Below are positions 9,693-20,826 of a stretch of DNA of 64,000 nt, one piece after another. The first letter of the stretch is position 1. Each line of letters starts with the position of its first letter. The position numbers and the translations under genes are program-made. Location of the stretch: NCBI GenBank assembly GCA_051003155.1, contig JBPCLO010000031.1:32001-96000 (forward strand), given 5' to 3'. Source of the DNA: Fimbriimonadales bacterium (lineage in GTDB: Bacteria; Armatimonadota; Fimbriimonadia; Fimbriimonadales; ATM1). Under the pieces are notes generated by a model. It was not told the DNA's origin. It ran no database searches and worked only from the letters and a program-made list of their open reading frames with translations.

Positions 9693-10682
9693 ATGTCGAA
9701 CACCAAGCCCGTGCGAATGGTGGGAGTTGTTGGAACGGGTGGTATGGGCCGAGTCCACGCCCGCCAATACGCAAAAATGCCCGGCGTCGAGCTCATCGCC
9801 TTCGATGCAGTCCCCGAGCGAGCCGTAGCATACGCAAACGACACGGGAGCGACGATTGCAAAGACGTTCGACGATCTCTTGCGAAATTCCGACGTCGTCG
9901 ACGTATGCCTCCCGACCCATCTTCATCTGGAGTTCGCCTCGAAGGCCCTGCGAGCCGGAAAGCCCACCATCTGCGAAAAACCGATGTGCCGCAAGGTGCG
10001 TGAGTGCGCACAGCTCGTCGAGGAAGCCGAAAAAGCCGACGTTCCGTTCATGCCGGCGCAAGTCGTCCGATTCTTTCCTGAGTTTCGGAAAGCCCATCAG
10101 CTCGTTATTGACGGAGCCGTCGGTACCCCCGGAGCCATTCGCACTCGCCGGTGCGGCCGGCATCCCAAAGGGACAGACCTTTGGTTTGGAAACATCGAGC
10201 TATCGGGTGGGGTCCTGATGGACCTTGCCGTCCACGACTTCGATTGGATTCGCTGGACCTTCGGCGAGGTTCGACACTTGTTTTCACAAGCGCTGACTTT
10301 TACCGGTTTGATCGGTCTGGATTATTCCCTGACCACGTTGACCCTCGAATCGGGCGCGCTCGCTCATGTGGAGGGTAACTGGGCCGAGCCGACAGGTTTT
10401 CGAGTGGGCTTCGAAATCTCAGGAACCGAAGGCTTCATCGAGTACGACAACCACCAGACGGTGGCCCTTCGGACCTCTACAGAAACGGGCTCGGTACCCG
10501 AGAGCCCGATGCTGCCAGTCGACGACCCGTATTATCTGCAGTTAAGGGGCTTCCTCGACGCGGTCGAAAACAATCAGCCGCCCCCTGTATCAGCAATCGA
10601 CGGCCTGAGAGCCGTCGCGATATGCGAAGCGGCCATCGAAAGCGCGAAAACAGGGCGCGTAATCAAGCCCGCCGCCGGATAA
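9693..10682 (+). CDS. Gfo/Idh/MocA-family oxidoreductase
   Basis: GTGGMG, CLPTHLH, CEKP, GGVLMDLAVHDFD. Confidence 0.92.
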   Translation: MSNTKPVRMVGVVGTGGMGRVHARQYAKMPGVELIAFDAVPERAVAYANDTGATIAKTFDDLLRNSDVVDVCLPTHLHLEFASKALRAGKPTICEKPMCRKVRECAQLVEEAEKADVPFMPAQVVRFFPEFRKAHQLVIDGAVGTPGAIRTRRCGRHPKGTDLWFGNIELSGGVLMDLAVHDFDWIRWTFGEVRHLFSQALTFTGLIGLDYSLTTLTLESGALAHVEGNWAEPTGFRVGFEISGTEGFIEYDNHQTVALRTSTETGSVPESPMLPVDDPYYLQLRGFLDAVENNQPPPVSAIDGLRAVAICEAAIESAKTGRVIKPAAG

Positions 10683-10685
10683 CGC

Positions 10686-13055
10686 GTGAACCTAAGAACT
10701 GCTTCCGGGAGTCTGATAGACGTGCGATTCTTACTCAGCGCGCTTTTCGCGGTCGCGTCGCTCGCCTCGATAGCTTCTTCAGAATCCCGGACACGGTGGA
10801 CCGTAACGGCCAGCCGGGTGCTCGAATGGGACGGCAAGCCGTATATCCCGGTCGGGTGGAGGCTCACGTCCGACCAGTTGGATCAAGCGAAGGCGACGGG
10901 TGTGAAGGACGTTATCATCGATTTGGAGCTCGATTCCGACTGGCGGCCGGCGGTTGCGAAAGCCGAGGGCGCGCATATGCGCTACTTACTTAGCCTTTCC
11001 ACCGATGCCCCGGGCAGTCCAGCGTTTATCGTCCGCCCCGAGGCGTATCGCATCGACAGCGTTAAGCGGGATTCCGAGCACACCATTCCTGTTCCGAACG
11101 GACGGAGCGTCTTTTACCTCCTCCTCACAACGCCAGACTATTCGATCGCGTCCAAGGGCTGGTCCGACGTTATCGACGGCCAGGCCAAGATCACCGTCAG
11201 CTCTTCGACGGGCACCGCCTTTGTCCTCCTTCTCTATCCGAGGGTCACCGCGAGCCGCCTCACAGACTATTGGGAACGCTTCGACCTGAGACGTGACGCC
11301 GTTCTCGCCAAACTCATCGGCGCGAAGGTGGGTGGCGGAATTCGAGGTGTAGTCAATCCGCTAGGCAAGGTGGACTTGTGGACTTCTCAAGGCGGCGGTT
11401 ACGTCCCCGATTCCCCTGCGTTCCGAATGGAATTCGAAAGCTATCTGCGAGCCAAGTACAAAGATGTTGCTAGCCTGGAGAGGTCTTGGAAACTGCTTCG
11501 GCCAAACCTCAAGGACTTTCGAGGCGCCGCCCGGTTCGTACCTTTATTTGGTACGAGCCGCGGCGTAGACAGCTTTTACGACCCGCAAGAGAACGTGCTC
11601 GCAATGGCATCACGCCACGAGAATCCTTATTGGAAAGATATTCAGGCTGTGATCGATAACGCCGCGGCGCGGCGAACCGAACGCCTGGGCCGATCCATAA
11701 GCGAGATCGTCGATGCGCCCGTCGTCTACGAGTGGAACGGTTGGTCGCCGATTTACGATACGCGCCAGCCGAGCGGCAACGGCATCGGTATGACCGCCGT
11801 CGGCGCCGGCCTTGAAGCCATCGAGAACTACGCTGCCAAGGCCGCTAGCTCTGCGCTGGCGTGGAAAGGCCCGCGCTGGCTGCTTGTGACCGAGATGAGC
11901 CCTGGCTCGTCGCCTTACACTGAGGAGCGTTTGCGAACCGTAGTCAGCGATACTGCCGATCTTGGCGCAAAAGGCTGGTTCATCCGTTGGTCTGGTGGAT
12001 CGGAGGCGCCCTGGATGATGGCGATGGCCGCGGAAGCGGCGGCGAGTGACATCGCAACGCGCTCGCCCGTAGCAATGTTCTATCCCGAGAACGCTCGCTT
12101 TCCCGCCACTACGATGAAGCTGCCGGGCGGCGTATGGTGGCTTCCGACCCCCGCTGGAGGGAATCGACTGGAGGTTGGCCCGGACTATGAGGCTTACCGA
12201 CACGACGCGCCTTATGGCGATTTCATGTCCATCTGGCGGCGAGGCGACCCGAGGACGGTCAAACTGCGCTTTAGCGACAATGCCAACGTCGTGGTCAAAC
12301 GCCACGACGGCCAACCATTGGAAACCAAGCTCGTGAAGGGCGGCATCGAACTGACTCTCGACAACCTGCCGGTGATCATCGAAGGAACCGACGACATCCC
12401 CGTGCCGCAAGATTCCGCAGACACTACGCGCGCCGATTTCAAGGCGCTCATCGAAGAGGGCCGGCGGCAAGGACTTCAAGTCGGCAACACGCAGTTCATG
12501 TTCGATGACGCCTATCGATCGTTCGAGCGCAATCCAGGTGCCGCATACCTAAAAATGGTGGAAGCGCAGCGCGAGCTGGAGGCGAAACTCGCGCCGTTCC
12601 TGTGGGTCGAGGGCGAATCCTCTTCGCAGGCTAATTTCAGCGAAGTCGTTCATGACTCCACGGCCTCCGCCGAGAGGGCGCTGTCGCTCGACACTCCCCT
12701 GGCACCCGGCCCCGATGGCTACTTCGCCAAATACAAGTTTCGAGTGCGCCACGACCAGATCGTTATGGACATTTGGATCGCCGCGGATGTACCACCGGCC
12801 GGCCGGCCATACGTCGCCGTTGACGTTAATGGCACGGCGTTGACGTTTCCCATGGACGCCCAATCGGGATACGGTCGCGGGTTCGGTTGGTACAACCTCG
12901 GCAAAATGAGCCTTCGTGATGGCGAGTACACGCTTACTATCCGGATATTGCAGTCCTCGCCGGAGTTCAAAGTGAGCGTGGATGCATTGCTCATGACCCC
13001 GCTGGCATTTCGGCCGGCGGGGCCGCGAATTCCTAGGTACGTGCCCGGCTTCTAG
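10686..13055 (+). CDS. Large secreted hypothetical protein, distantly glycoside hydrolase-like, with a possible C-terminal CBM-like domain
   Basis: 789-aa ORF with an N-terminal hydrophobic signal. [12 protein letters not shown] and [19 protein letters not shown] resemble GH42-type segments; the C-terminus is beta-rich. Confidence 0.6.
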   Translation: MNLRTASGSLIDVRFLLSALFAVASLASIASSESRTRWTVTASRVLEWDGKPYIPVGWRLTSDQLDQAKATGVKDVIIDLELDSDWRPAVAKAEGAHMRYLLSLSTDAPGSPAFIVRPEAYRIDSVKRDSEHTIPVPNGRSVFYLLLTTPDYSIASKGWSDVIDGQAKITVSSSTGTAFVLLLYPRVTASRLTDYWERFDLRRDAVLAKLIGAKVGGGIRGVVNPLGKVDLWTSQGGGYVPDSPAFRMEFESYLRAKYKDVASLERSWKLLRPNLKDFRGAARFVPLFGTSRGVDSFYDPQENVLAMASRHENPYWKDIQAVIDNAAARRTERLGRSISEIVDAPVVYEWNGWSPIYDTRQPSGNGIGMTAVGAGLEAIENYAAKAASSALAWKGPRWLLVTEMSPGSSPYTEERLRTVVSDTADLGAKGWFIRWSGGSEAPWMMAMAAEAAASDIATRSPVAMFYPENARFPATTMKLPGGVWWLPTPAGGNRLEVGPDYEAYRHDAPYGDFMSIWRRGDPRTVKLRFSDNANVVVKRHDGQPLETKLVKGGIELTLDNLPVIIEGTDDIPVPQDSADTTRADFKALIEEGRRQGLQVGNTQFMFDDAYRSFERNPGAAYLKMVEAQRELEAKLAPFLWVEGESSSQANFSEVVHDSTASAERALSLDTPLAPGPDGYFAKYKFRVRHDQIVMDIWIAADVPPAGRPYVAVDVNGTALTFPMDAQSGYGRGFGWYNLGKMSLRDGEYTLTIRILQSSPEFKVSVDALLMTPLAFRPAGPRIPRYVPGF

Positions 13056-14398
13056 GGATCCTGGTTGCGCTTATACTCGCGAATGAAGGCTGGAATATCG
13101 AGGTCCGCCTCATTCGCGGGAGCTTCGACCGCCACAGGCTCGGAATGCTTTTCGGTGACTGCGACAGGCTGAGGCTCCGGTTCCGGTTCGGGATCGGCTT
13201 GCCTTGGCGGAACCGGTCGAGGCGTTCCGGTCGCGGCCCCTGCTCCGGGAGGCAACGTCGTAGTGCTGAATATCGACTGCCGGTCCTCGGCCACAGGAAC
13301 AGGTTCCGGGGTCGGTTCGATTCGCGGCTGATGCGGAATCCGCTTCTGTACGAAAGGAACGCCCGCATCAGTACGGCGTGCCTCCACCGGTTTAGACGCC
13401 GGAACCACTCCCGTGGTCTCTTCGGCAACCTTCTTGCCGAGGTCGGTCGCCATGTTGAAGCCCGATGCGAGGACGGTGATTCGGACCTCGCCTTCGAGGC
13501 GTTCGTCCATGACGGTCCCAAATATGATGTTCGCATCGTCGTGGGCCGCGAGGCCCTGGATATACGACATCGCCTCGTTGGCTTCCGCCAGCGTGATGTC
13601 GCCGGAAGCGGTGATATTTACCAGAAGCCGGGTTGCTCCTTCAATGCTCGTTTCCAGGAGCGGATTTGAAACGGCACTCTGGGCCGCCTGTTGCGCTCGG
13701 TGCTCGCCCGTGCCGTAACCAATACCCATAAGGGCAGGGCCGGCTCCGGACATGATCGAGCGGACGTCGGCAAAATCGACGTTGATCTGACCCGGGATCG
13801 TGATGATGTCCGAGATCGCTTGGACGCCCTGGCGAAGAACGTCGTCCGCCACGCGGAAGGCCTCCATCAGCGTCGTGCGCTTTTCGACAACCGGTAGGAG
13901 CCGGTCGTTGGGAATCGAGATAATCGTGTCGACTATTTCGCTGAGCCGTGCCATGCCCTCGTCGGCCAATCGGCAACGCCTCGGACCCTCCCAGGCAAAT
14001 GGCTTCGTGACCACACCGATGGTTAGGGCGCCCACGTCCTTGGCCAACTCGGCGATGATCGGCGCCGCGCCGGTCCCGGTTCCGCCACCCATTCCGGCAG
14101 TCACGAAAACCATGTCGGCCCCGCTCAAATATTCTCTGATGGCATTGCGGCTTTCTTCGGCAGCGTTTCGGCCGACCTCAGGGTTGCCCCCCGCTCCCAG
14201 ACCACGGGTTACGTTGGTACCCAGCTGCAACTTGTTCGTGGCCCTGGAAAGCTCCAGAACCTGGATGTCCGAGTTCATGGCGATGAAATCGACTCCTTGA
14301 ATCCCTGCTTCGATCATCCGGTTGACGGCGTTCGAGCCACCCCCTCCGACCCCGATGACCTTGATAATTGCGTTCAATGGCGCTCCGCTGTTTGTCAC
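13052..14398 (-). CDS. ftsZ: Cell division protein FtsZ
   Basis: [30 protein letters not shown], Pro-rich linker, C-terminal LDIPAFIR. Confidence 0.98.
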   Translation of the reverse strand: MTNSGAPLNAIIKVIGVGGGGSNAVNRMIEAGIQGVDFIAMNSDIQVLELSRATNKLQLGTNVTRGLGAGGNPEVGRNAAEESRNAIREYLSGADMVFVTAGMGGGTGTGAAPIIAELAKDVGALTIGVVTKPFAWEGPRRCRLADEGMARLSEIVDTIISIPNDRLLPVVEKRTTLMEAFRVADDVLRQGVQAISDIITIPGQINVDFADVRSIMSGAGPALMGIGYGTGEHRAQQAAQSAVSNPLLETSIEGATRLLVNITASGDITLAEANEAMSYIQGLAAHDDANIIFGTVMDERLEGEVRITVLASGFNMATDLGKKVAEETTGVVPASKPVEARRTDAGVPFVQKRIPHQPRIEPTPEPVPVAEDRQSIFSTTTLPPGAGAATGTPRPVPPRQADPEPEPEPQPVAVTEKHSEPVAVEAPANEADLDIPAFIREYKRNQDP

Positions 14399-14414
14399 TT
14401 CATAATGCTCCTGT

Positions 14415-15650
14415 TTAGATTTCTTCCTCTATCGGCTTGGATGCGAAGATAGAACCGATACTGCGGACTAGCTTCCGCCAATCGCCTGCTTCCGCGGCGA
14501 CCGACTCGTCCTGCTGCGTTTTCAATCCAAATTTGATAAGTCCGACCCCGGTGGCGAACTCTGGACCGGCCAGCATATCACCCATGCCGACGAAGGGCTT
14601 GGGTGCTGCCGTTCGAACCTTGATTCCAGCTGCCTTCTCCACGAACTCGGCAAGGCCCGCGAGTTTGCTTCCACCACCAGTTACGACCCAGCCGGCGCCC
14701 AATTTCTTCGGGTCGACCGCCGAGTCGATCTCCTCGCTCGCCATGCGGAAGATTTCCCTGACCCTGGATCCGATGATCTCGGCAAGCACACGCTTTGAGA
14801 ATGGCCGCGCTCGCGAATTGCCGATTTGCTCCACCTCGACGACGTCGTCTTCAGCAAAGCCCTCGGGAGAACATGCTCCTGCGTCGAGCTTGATCCGCTC
14901 CGCCTCATCCGTGGTCGTTTTCAGTAGGTATTGAATGTCCGACGTAATGTGCTGCGACCCAACCGAGAGCATGGCAAGGTGCATCGGACTTCCGTCGATG
15001 TATACAGCGACGTCGGTGGTACCGCCACCGATGTCCAGCACAGCCACGCCCTGCTCTCGCTCCGCTGAGTCAGTGACCGCCAGGCCCGTAGCGAGGGCGC
15101 GAGGAATCATCTGCTCCACTTCGATCTGCGCGCGGCTCACGCAACGTTGCAGGTTCTCGAGCTGCGAGCTGAGGCCGGTGATGAGCAGTGTGTTCACTTC
15201 GAGCCGCTCGCCGGTCATCTCGAATGGTTTAGTAATTCCGTCCCGGCCATCGATCTTGAAAGACCGCGGCACCGACAAGATCAACTCGCGGTCGCCTTGG
15301 ATTGCGATCTGCTTGCTGTGGTTGATGACCCTGTGGACGTCCTCCCGCGTGATAGCTCGCGATGGGTTGAGAATCGGCACCAGGCCCCGGCTTGGCTGGC
15401 TGTGCAGGTGCTCGCCGGCGACGGACACCGTCGCGCTCCCAAGCTTCCGATTCGCCATATGTTCGGCCTTTCGCACGGAGCTAACCACGGCTTGAGCGGT
15501 ATCCTCTATATCCACAACGACGCCCTTCTTGGTGCCGCCGCAGGGCGCAACTCCTACACCGACCACGCGCGGCGATCCCGGGTGTTCGAGATCGGCGATG
15601 ACCGTAACGACTTTGGTGCTGCCGATATCTACGGCCGCAATTGAGCTCAT
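14415..15650 (-). CDS. ftsA: Cell division protein FtsA
   Basis: [40 protein letters not shown], amphipathic C-terminal helix. Confidence 0.96.
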   Translation of the reverse strand: MSSIAAVDIGSTKVVTVIADLEHPGSPRVVGVGVAPCGGTKKGVVVDIEDTAQAVVSSVRKAEHMANRKLGSATVSVAGEHLHSQPSRGLVPILNPSRAITREDVHRVINHSKQIAIQGDRELILSVPRSFKIDGRDGITKPFEMTGERLEVNTLLITGLSSQLENLQRCVSRAQIEVEQMIPRALATGLAVTDSAEREQGVAVLDIGGGTTDVAVYIDGSPMHLAMLSVGSQHITSDIQYLLKTTTDEAERIKLDAGACSPEGFAEDDVVEVEQIGNSRARPFSKRVLAEIIGSRVREIFRMASEEIDSAVDPKKLGAGWVVTGGGSKLAGLAEFVEKAAGIKVRTAAPKPFVGMGDMLAGPEFATGVGLIKFGLKTQQDESVAAEAGDWRKLVRSIGSIFASKPIEEEI

Positions 15651-16024
15651 GATTGATTCGCCTCCATAGTTCTCCGGTCGCGCGCATCAGCCATCCGAGT
15701 GAGGTAGTGTCGCCGGATTATCGATAAATTCAAGAACAGCCTTCCTCCCAATGTGACGACTGCCGCAAGATACATCTCGACCCCGATCTTGGTGCCTAAA
15801 TACACCAGCCCGAGGGCGAGCAAAATGTTGAACACGAACCCCGTTAGGAACAGTTCGTTTCGGAACCTAGTTTCAAGGGCCGCTCGGATGCCACCGAAGA
15901 GCGTGTCCAGCCCGGTCAGGGACGCGACCCCGATATATTCACGCGGGAGGGGCGTCGAAGGATTGACAGCGAAATACGCCAATAGACAGCCGATGACCAG
16001 GGCCAAAAGAGGGACTGCGATCAA
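15647..16024 (-). CDS. sbp: Small basic protein (Sbp/DUF1290 family)
   Basis: TTG start overlapping the upstream stop. LDTLFGGIRA...FLTGFVFNILLA...LG...AAVVTLGGRLFLNLSIIRR. Confidence 0.85.
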   Translation of the reverse strand: MIAVPLLALVIGCLLAYFAVNPSTPLPREYIGVASLTGLDTLFGGIRAALETRFRNELFLTGFVFNILLALGLVYLGTKIGVEMYLAAVVTLGGRLFLNLSIIRRHYLTRMADARDRRTMEANQS

Positions 16025-16776
16025 TTCTTCCCTCCGGCGGACTTCTGAGATACCGACTTCGCGTACTCCGATTCCGTGGAACCGGTATACGCTGGGATGA
16101 CGAGCTTGTCTTTCTTGGCAATCTCGACCATGGCCGGATCGGCCTGCTTGATGTTGTCCAGAAACCGGCCCTGCATGGCCATTGCCCCGTACAACGTGTC
16201 GGCGTTGCCGATAGCCGAAATTTTCACCGGGGACGCGATAGGTACGCGGCCGACATAGATAACCGGCCCTTCGCATCTGAAACTCGTGCTCCTGGCAAGC
16301 CGTTGGCCATTGACAGAAATGGCCTCCGCTCCGCTCATCCAAAGGTCGTTGACCACCGTTAGAACGTCGCGGTCGTGAATATTGTACTCGTTGATGATGC
16401 TGATGTCCGGGCTCTTCTTATTGCTATCCCGAAGGATAATCTCGATTCCTGGGCCGGTCACCTCCGTCAGGCCCGCAAACAGCTTTACTTCCTGCAGGCT
16501 GTCGTTGAGGTTGGCGGACTGGCGCGACCGGTCGGCCATTGCGTCCTGCAGATCGGTCACCTGCTGGCGCAGGTTCTTGATCTCGTCGTCGCGTTCGTCG
16601 ATCGCGTCTCCTGGGGGAGTTGGCGATGTCGACACTGGCCGCTGGCCATAGAAGAACTCAGTCGACCTGCCGGTCGAGCTTCTTATGGCGGACGTCAACA
16701 GGAAGCCCAACAGCAGAGCCACTATTGTGACCGGCCCAATCCAGCTAGGCGCCTTCGACAGCGAGTATTTGCTCAT
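16021..16776 (-). CDS. DUF881 (YlxW/YlxX-like) division-cluster protein
   Basis: N-terminal TM and coiled coil; AGLTEVTGPGIEIILRD, IHDRD...VVNDLWMSGAEAISVNGQR, I.AIG. Confidence 0.9.
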   Translation of the reverse strand: MSKYSLSKAPSWIGPVTIVALLLGFLLTSAIRSSTGRSTEFFYGQRPVSTSPTPPGDAIDERDDEIKNLRQQVTDLQDAMADRSRQSANLNDSLQEVKLFAGLTEVTGPGIEIILRDSNKKSPDISIINEYNIHDRDVLTVVNDLWMSGAEAISVNGQRLARSTSFRCEGPVIYVGRVPIASPVKISAIGNADTLYGAMAMQGRFLDNIKQADPAMVEIAKKDKLVIPAYTGSTESEYAKSVSQKSAGGKN

Positions 16777-16786
16777 CTAACAGAAC

Positions 16787-17512
16787 TTAGTTTCCCAACA
16801 TGGGATCGTCGGGGTCGACCAGGTTTAGGCGAGCCTTACCGTTAAGCAGATCGGGCCGCTGCTCAAGAGCCTCTTTAAGGACCTCTACCTTCTCCTGAAG
16901 CCTGCTCCCGTCGCCAAATTCTACGAACAGGCTCCCACTCGAGAAGGATATCCCGCCGCGGTCCCCAATTGCGAGCCTTCCGGGGAGCTTTCGGTCAATA
17001 ACTTGAAGTTTTTTCGCATATCTTACAGCTGTCCGAAAAGGGCCTGGATCGCATAACGTTAAGATATGACTTGTAACCTGTACATTATCCTCGATGGACG
17101 GCAAATTCAAACTCCGGCCAAAACTTGGAAAACTCTCACCGTCTAGATCGACCGCGTAGTTGCCACCCACAGTGGCTACCGGCTCGCGGTAGACGACCTT
17201 CAGAAACCCTCGGCCAAAGATATTGTAGTAGAATGTGGAGCGCTCCACATGGGTGTTTTCTTCCACCAGACGTTCGACTTCTGCCCGACGTATGCGCATC
17301 GCCGGTAGGGGTTCAATGCGACGGATAATTGCTTCCAACCTCTGGTGGTCTTTGGATTCGGTGGCGCTAATCCGCACCCGTTTCACTCGCGTCCACGGGC
17401 TTGCGACAAGACCGAACGAAGTTAAGATTAGAAACGAGCAGAACCAAAAAAAGGCCCAAGGGAAGGAGCCTCCATAGGCGCGCCCACCTTTACTTCTTCT
17501 TTTCGATGCCAT
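16787..17512 (-). CDS. ftsQ: FtsQ/DivIB-like cell division protein
   Basis: Basic N-terminus, one TM, SPWTRVKRVRI POTRA-like region, V.YREPVA; located after ddl. Confidence 0.75.
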   Translation of the reverse strand: MASKRRSKGGRAYGGSFPWAFFWFCSFLILTSFGLVASPWTRVKRVRISATESKDHQRLEAIIRRIEPLPAMRIRRAEVERLVEENTHVERSTFYYNIFGRGFLKVVYREPVATVGGNYAVDLDGESFPSFGRSLNLPSIEDNVQVTSHILTLCDPGPFRTAVRYAKKLQVIDRKLPGRLAIGDRGGISFSSGSLFVEFGDGSRLQEKVEVLKEALEQRPDLLNGKARLNLVDPDDPMLGN

Positions 17513-19760
17513 ATCGCCTCATCGCAATCGTCAGAATTCGTTCACACAACGCTTCGTATGAAATTCCAATACTAGCCGCCGAATTCGGAAGCAGCGAAGT
17601 CTGCGTCAATCCGGGCAATGTGTTGACTTCCAGAATAACAATGTCGTCACCATTTACGATCATGTCGGTACGACTAAAATCCTTCGCGCCCAGCGTCCCA
17701 TGTGCGAGTTTTGCGTATTCTTTGGCAGTTCTTGTAGCGTTTTCGCTGATTCTTGCCGGAACGATTTCCTCCGTCCCGCCTGACGTATATTTGGACTCGA
17801 AATCATAGATTCCTGATTTCGGGCAAATCTCCACTGCTGGCAACACTTCGTCACCGAGCACCGGAACACTAATTTCCACACCCAAAGCCATTTCCTCGAT
17901 TAACGCGGTTCTATCGTATTTCAGCGCCCTTTTTACCGCTGCTCCAAGCTGGCCTGGATCGGTAACGAAAGTGAGCCCGATGGTCGATCCCTGAGCGTTA
18001 GGCTTTACAACACACGGAACCGGAAAGTCCGGAATTTCTTCGCCTCGGAGTATTTCCACTCCTTTTGGAGTTGGAAGCCCTTTGGCCTCGAGCCGCCGTT
18101 TCGTCTCCGCCTTATCCATGGTTAGCGCGCTCGCGAGGATGCCGCTGCCTGTGTACGGAAGGTGCAGGAGTTCGAGAAGGCCCTGCGTCCCGCCATCCTC
18201 GGCGCCGGTACCGTGCAGAGCCAGGAAGACAATATCCGGCCTGTCCGGGCCGTTCAGATTCGATACGTCACCGCGGTTCAACAGGAGCTCAGCAGGATCG
18301 AAGGTTACGACTTGGTACTCCCTGCTCCGAAGCGCCGCCGCGACCATGCGGCCGCTGAGAATCGAAACCTCTCTTTCCGCGGAATCTCCGCCGCTCCAGA
18401 CGGCAACCCTCAGCGAATCGTCTGCCCGCCTAATTTCTTGCAAGAAATCCGGGGCGAAGCTGTCGATATTCCCGGCGCCCATTCCCACAATAACGTCATC
18501 GAGTTTAGCAATGGTAGCGATATTTCTCGGAAGCAAATGTCGCGATGAAACATAAATACTATCCACCCCAATGTTTTCGAGGCGCTCGACAATTAGTGCA
18601 GATGATATACCAGGAATCGGGTCTTCCCGCGCCGGATAAATGTCAGTGATAACGGCAATATCTGCGGCCGCAAGCGCCGGCGCAAATTCATCGAGTTGGT
18701 CCTTTGTCCTGGAATAAAGGTGCGGTTGAAAAACGGCGATAATCCGATTATTGGGGTGCGCGCCGCGAATTGCTTCCAGCGAAGCAGCTATTTCCGTCGG
18801 GTGGTGCGCATAGTCATCGTAGACGGTTATCCCGTTCAGTTCACCGATCCATTCGAGCCGGCGGACGCAACCCCGGGCAGATGCAGCGGCATCGAGGGCC
18901 CCTTGCCTCGGTATTCCGATTTTTTCGGCGACGGCCACAGCGCCCGAAGCATTGAGGGCATTGTGCTTCCCGATAATGTTCATTTCCTTGTAAAGTGCGT
19001 GATCTAAAGCATATGCCTCGCATTCGCGAATAAACGAAGCTGTTTCCCTGGCACCCTTATCTTCTCCGCAAAACATTAGCTTAGGCGATGCCGTGGCAGA
19101 ATTGATGAACTTGACAACACTATCTCGCAAATTCTCCCAAGTAGTATGATAATCGAGGTGTTCCGGCTCTAAATTGGTTAACAGCACCAATTCGGGTTTC
19201 AAATCGTGAAAGCTGTCGTAAGCTTCGCACGCTTCTACTACGGCAAAGTCGCCGCTGCCATGCCGGACATTCCCGTCGAACCCTGGTACGTCCGCCCCGA
19301 TGATTGCCAGGGGGTCCATCCCTGCGTCGGCCAGAATCTGCGCGAGGATCGCAGAAGTCGTGCTCTTTCCGTGCGAGCCGGTTACCGCTAAGACCCGGTA
19401 GCCCTCCAGCAGCATTCCCAACAGCTGCGACCGCCGGATGAATGTCAGGCTCTTCTCTCTCGCCGCCGCTATTTCCGAATTGTCGGAGAGCTGGATGGCG
19501 TCGCTTACCACTACCGCAGCGACGCCATCCACGTTTTCCGCGGAATGTCCGATGAAAACCTTCGCTCCACGCTCGCTCAGCAAGTTGAGGCTTGCCGACT
19601 CCGCAATGTCCGACCCCGTCACTTCCCTGCCTCGACTGAGCAGAATGCGCGCCAACGCGCTCATCCCCGCCCCACCAATCCCGACGAAGTGAATCCTGCC
19701 CTCGGACGGAAGCTCAGCTCCCTTCCCGAACCATTCGTCGACCTCAGATCTTAACCGCAT
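17490..19760 (-). CDS. murC: Fused UDP-N-acetylmuramate--L-alanine ligase / D-alanine--D-alanine ligase (MurC-Ddl)
   Basis: N-terminal IHFVGIGGAGMS, GSHGKSTT, DDYAHHPTEI, FQPHLYSRT. C-terminal GGDSAEREVS, LHGTGAEDG, MDK, VKPNAQGSTIG, YDFESKY, LEVNTLPG. One continuous frame. Confidence 0.95.
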   Translation of the reverse strand: MRLRSEVDEWFGKGAELPSEGRIHFVGIGGAGMSALARILLSRGREVTGSDIAESASLNLLSERGAKVFIGHSAENVDGVAAVVVSDAIQLSDNSEIAAAREKSLTFIRRSQLLGMLLEGYRVLAVTGSHGKSTTSAILAQILADAGMDPLAIIGADVPGFDGNVRHGSGDFAVVEACEAYDSFHDLKPELVLLTNLEPEHLDYHTTWENLRDSVVKFINSATASPKLMFCGEDKGARETASFIRECEAYALDHALYKEMNIIGKHNALNASGAVAVAEKIGIPRQGALDAAASARGCVRRLEWIGELNGITVYDDYAHHPTEIAASLEAIRGAHPNNRIIAVFQPHLYSRTKDQLDEFAPALAAADIAVITDIYPAREDPIPGISSALIVERLENIGVDSIYVSSRHLLPRNIATIAKLDDVIVGMGAGNIDSFAPDFLQEIRRADDSLRVAVWSGGDSAEREVSILSGRMVAAALRSREYQVVTFDPAELLLNRGDVSNLNGPDRPDIVFLALHGTGAEDGGTQGLLELLHLPYTGSGILASALTMDKAETKRRLEAKGLPTPKGVEILRGEEIPDFPVPCVVKPNAQGSTIGLTFVTDPGQLGAAVKRALKYDRTALIEEMALGVEISVPVLGDEVLPAVEICPKSGIYDFESKYTSGGTEEIVPARISENATRTAKEYAKLAHGTLGAKDFSRTDMIVNGDDIVILEVNTLPGLTQTSLLPNSAASIGISYEALCERILTIAMRRYGIEKKK

Positions 19761-20826
19761 TCGCAACCTCTTTTACCACGGACAGCACCCTCTGCGTCCC
19801 GTCCCGACGGGACCATGCTTGCAACGCGTCCGCAGCCTGTCGACGTCGCTCCGCATCGCTTCTCCAGCCTTGCCAGGCCGCTCTTAGCGATTCCGGCGTC
19901 AGATCCTTCTGAAGCAGGACCTCGCCCCCGCCGATCCCCTCGATCGCCTTGGCGTTGTGATACTGGTGATTCGCGTAGGCTTGGGGCAAAGGCACAAAAA
20001 TTGCCGGAACGCCGAATGAAGCCAATTCGGTGATCGTGCCGCAACCGGAACGAACGATCGCCAAGTCCGCCCTCTCATATGCTGCGGCGATCTCGTCGGC
20101 CTGAAGGAAAGCTCTAGCCTGGAAGTTCGGCGGCGCGCACACCCGCTCCAAAGCCTTCGCCACCTCTTCGAACAGTTTTGGTCCGGTGATCTGAAGCCAC
20201 GTTAGGTCCTGCGTGCCCACCTGGGCTGCCATGGTCAAAATGGCCTCATTCAGAGCCGCTGACCCTTGGGAGCCTCCGTAGCTCAACGTGAAAAATGTCT
20301 CGCGTCCGGCCGCGTGGCGAACGACATCGAGGAGGCCACTGCGGATCGGCATGCCGGTCACGACCGATTTCCCCGGGAAGTAGGCTTCTGCCTCGGCGAA
20401 AACAATGCAAACTTTGCGCGCGGCCCCTGCGGCCATCAAGTTCGTTCGACCCGGCACAGAGTTCTGTTCATGCAAAACGAGGGGAAGCCGCATCCATCGA
20501 GCCGCCGTAAGTACCGGACTCGCCGCGTAACCGCCCATGGATAGCACGACGTCGGGTTTCCACTTCTTCAGATCCTGGCGTACTGCAGCCGAGCTTCGCA
20601 GAATGCGATAAGCGGAGACGAGGCCCGCGGGCGATACCAACCGAGGAATCGGCGAAGATGGATATCCCGTGAACGATACGCCAGCATGCTCGCAAGCCGA
20701 CCGTTCGATGCCGCGCAGGCTTCCCAGATAGCGGACCTCCTGGCCTTCGGAAACTGCCGCTTTCGCGACCTCAAGCGCCGGATAAACGTGGCCGCCCGTG
20801 CCGCCGCCCGTCACCACTATCCTCAC
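19744..20826 (-). CDS. murG: Lipid II N-acetylglucosaminyltransferase MurG
   Basis: GTG start; VTGGGTGGHVYP, GGY, HEQN, GGSQGS, RSG..TITE, HQYHNA. Confidence 0.96.
   Translation of the reverse strand: MRIVVTGGGTGGHVYPALEVAKAAVSEGQEVRYLGSLRGIERSACEHAGVSFTGYPSSPIPRLVSPAGLVSAYRILRSSAAVRQDLKKWKPDVVLSMGGYAASPVLTAARWMRLPLVLHEQNSVPGRTNLMAAGAARKVCIVFAEAEAYFPGKSVVTGMPIRSGLLDVVRHAAGRETFFTLSYGGSQGSAALNEAILTMAAQVGTQDLTWLQITGPKLFEEVAKALERVCAPPNFQARAFLQADEIAAAYERADLAIVRSGCGTITELASFGVPAIFVPLPQAYANHQYHNAKAIEGIGGGEVLLQKDLTPESLRAAWQGWRSDAERRRQAADALQAWSRRDGTQRVLSVVKEVANAVKI

Noticed and set aside
15647..16342. 231-aa version of sbp, and similarly extended starts for murG, murD, mraY, ftsI and mraZ
   Set aside because: The extensions overlap upstream genes or lack an RBS; coupled downstream starts fit better.
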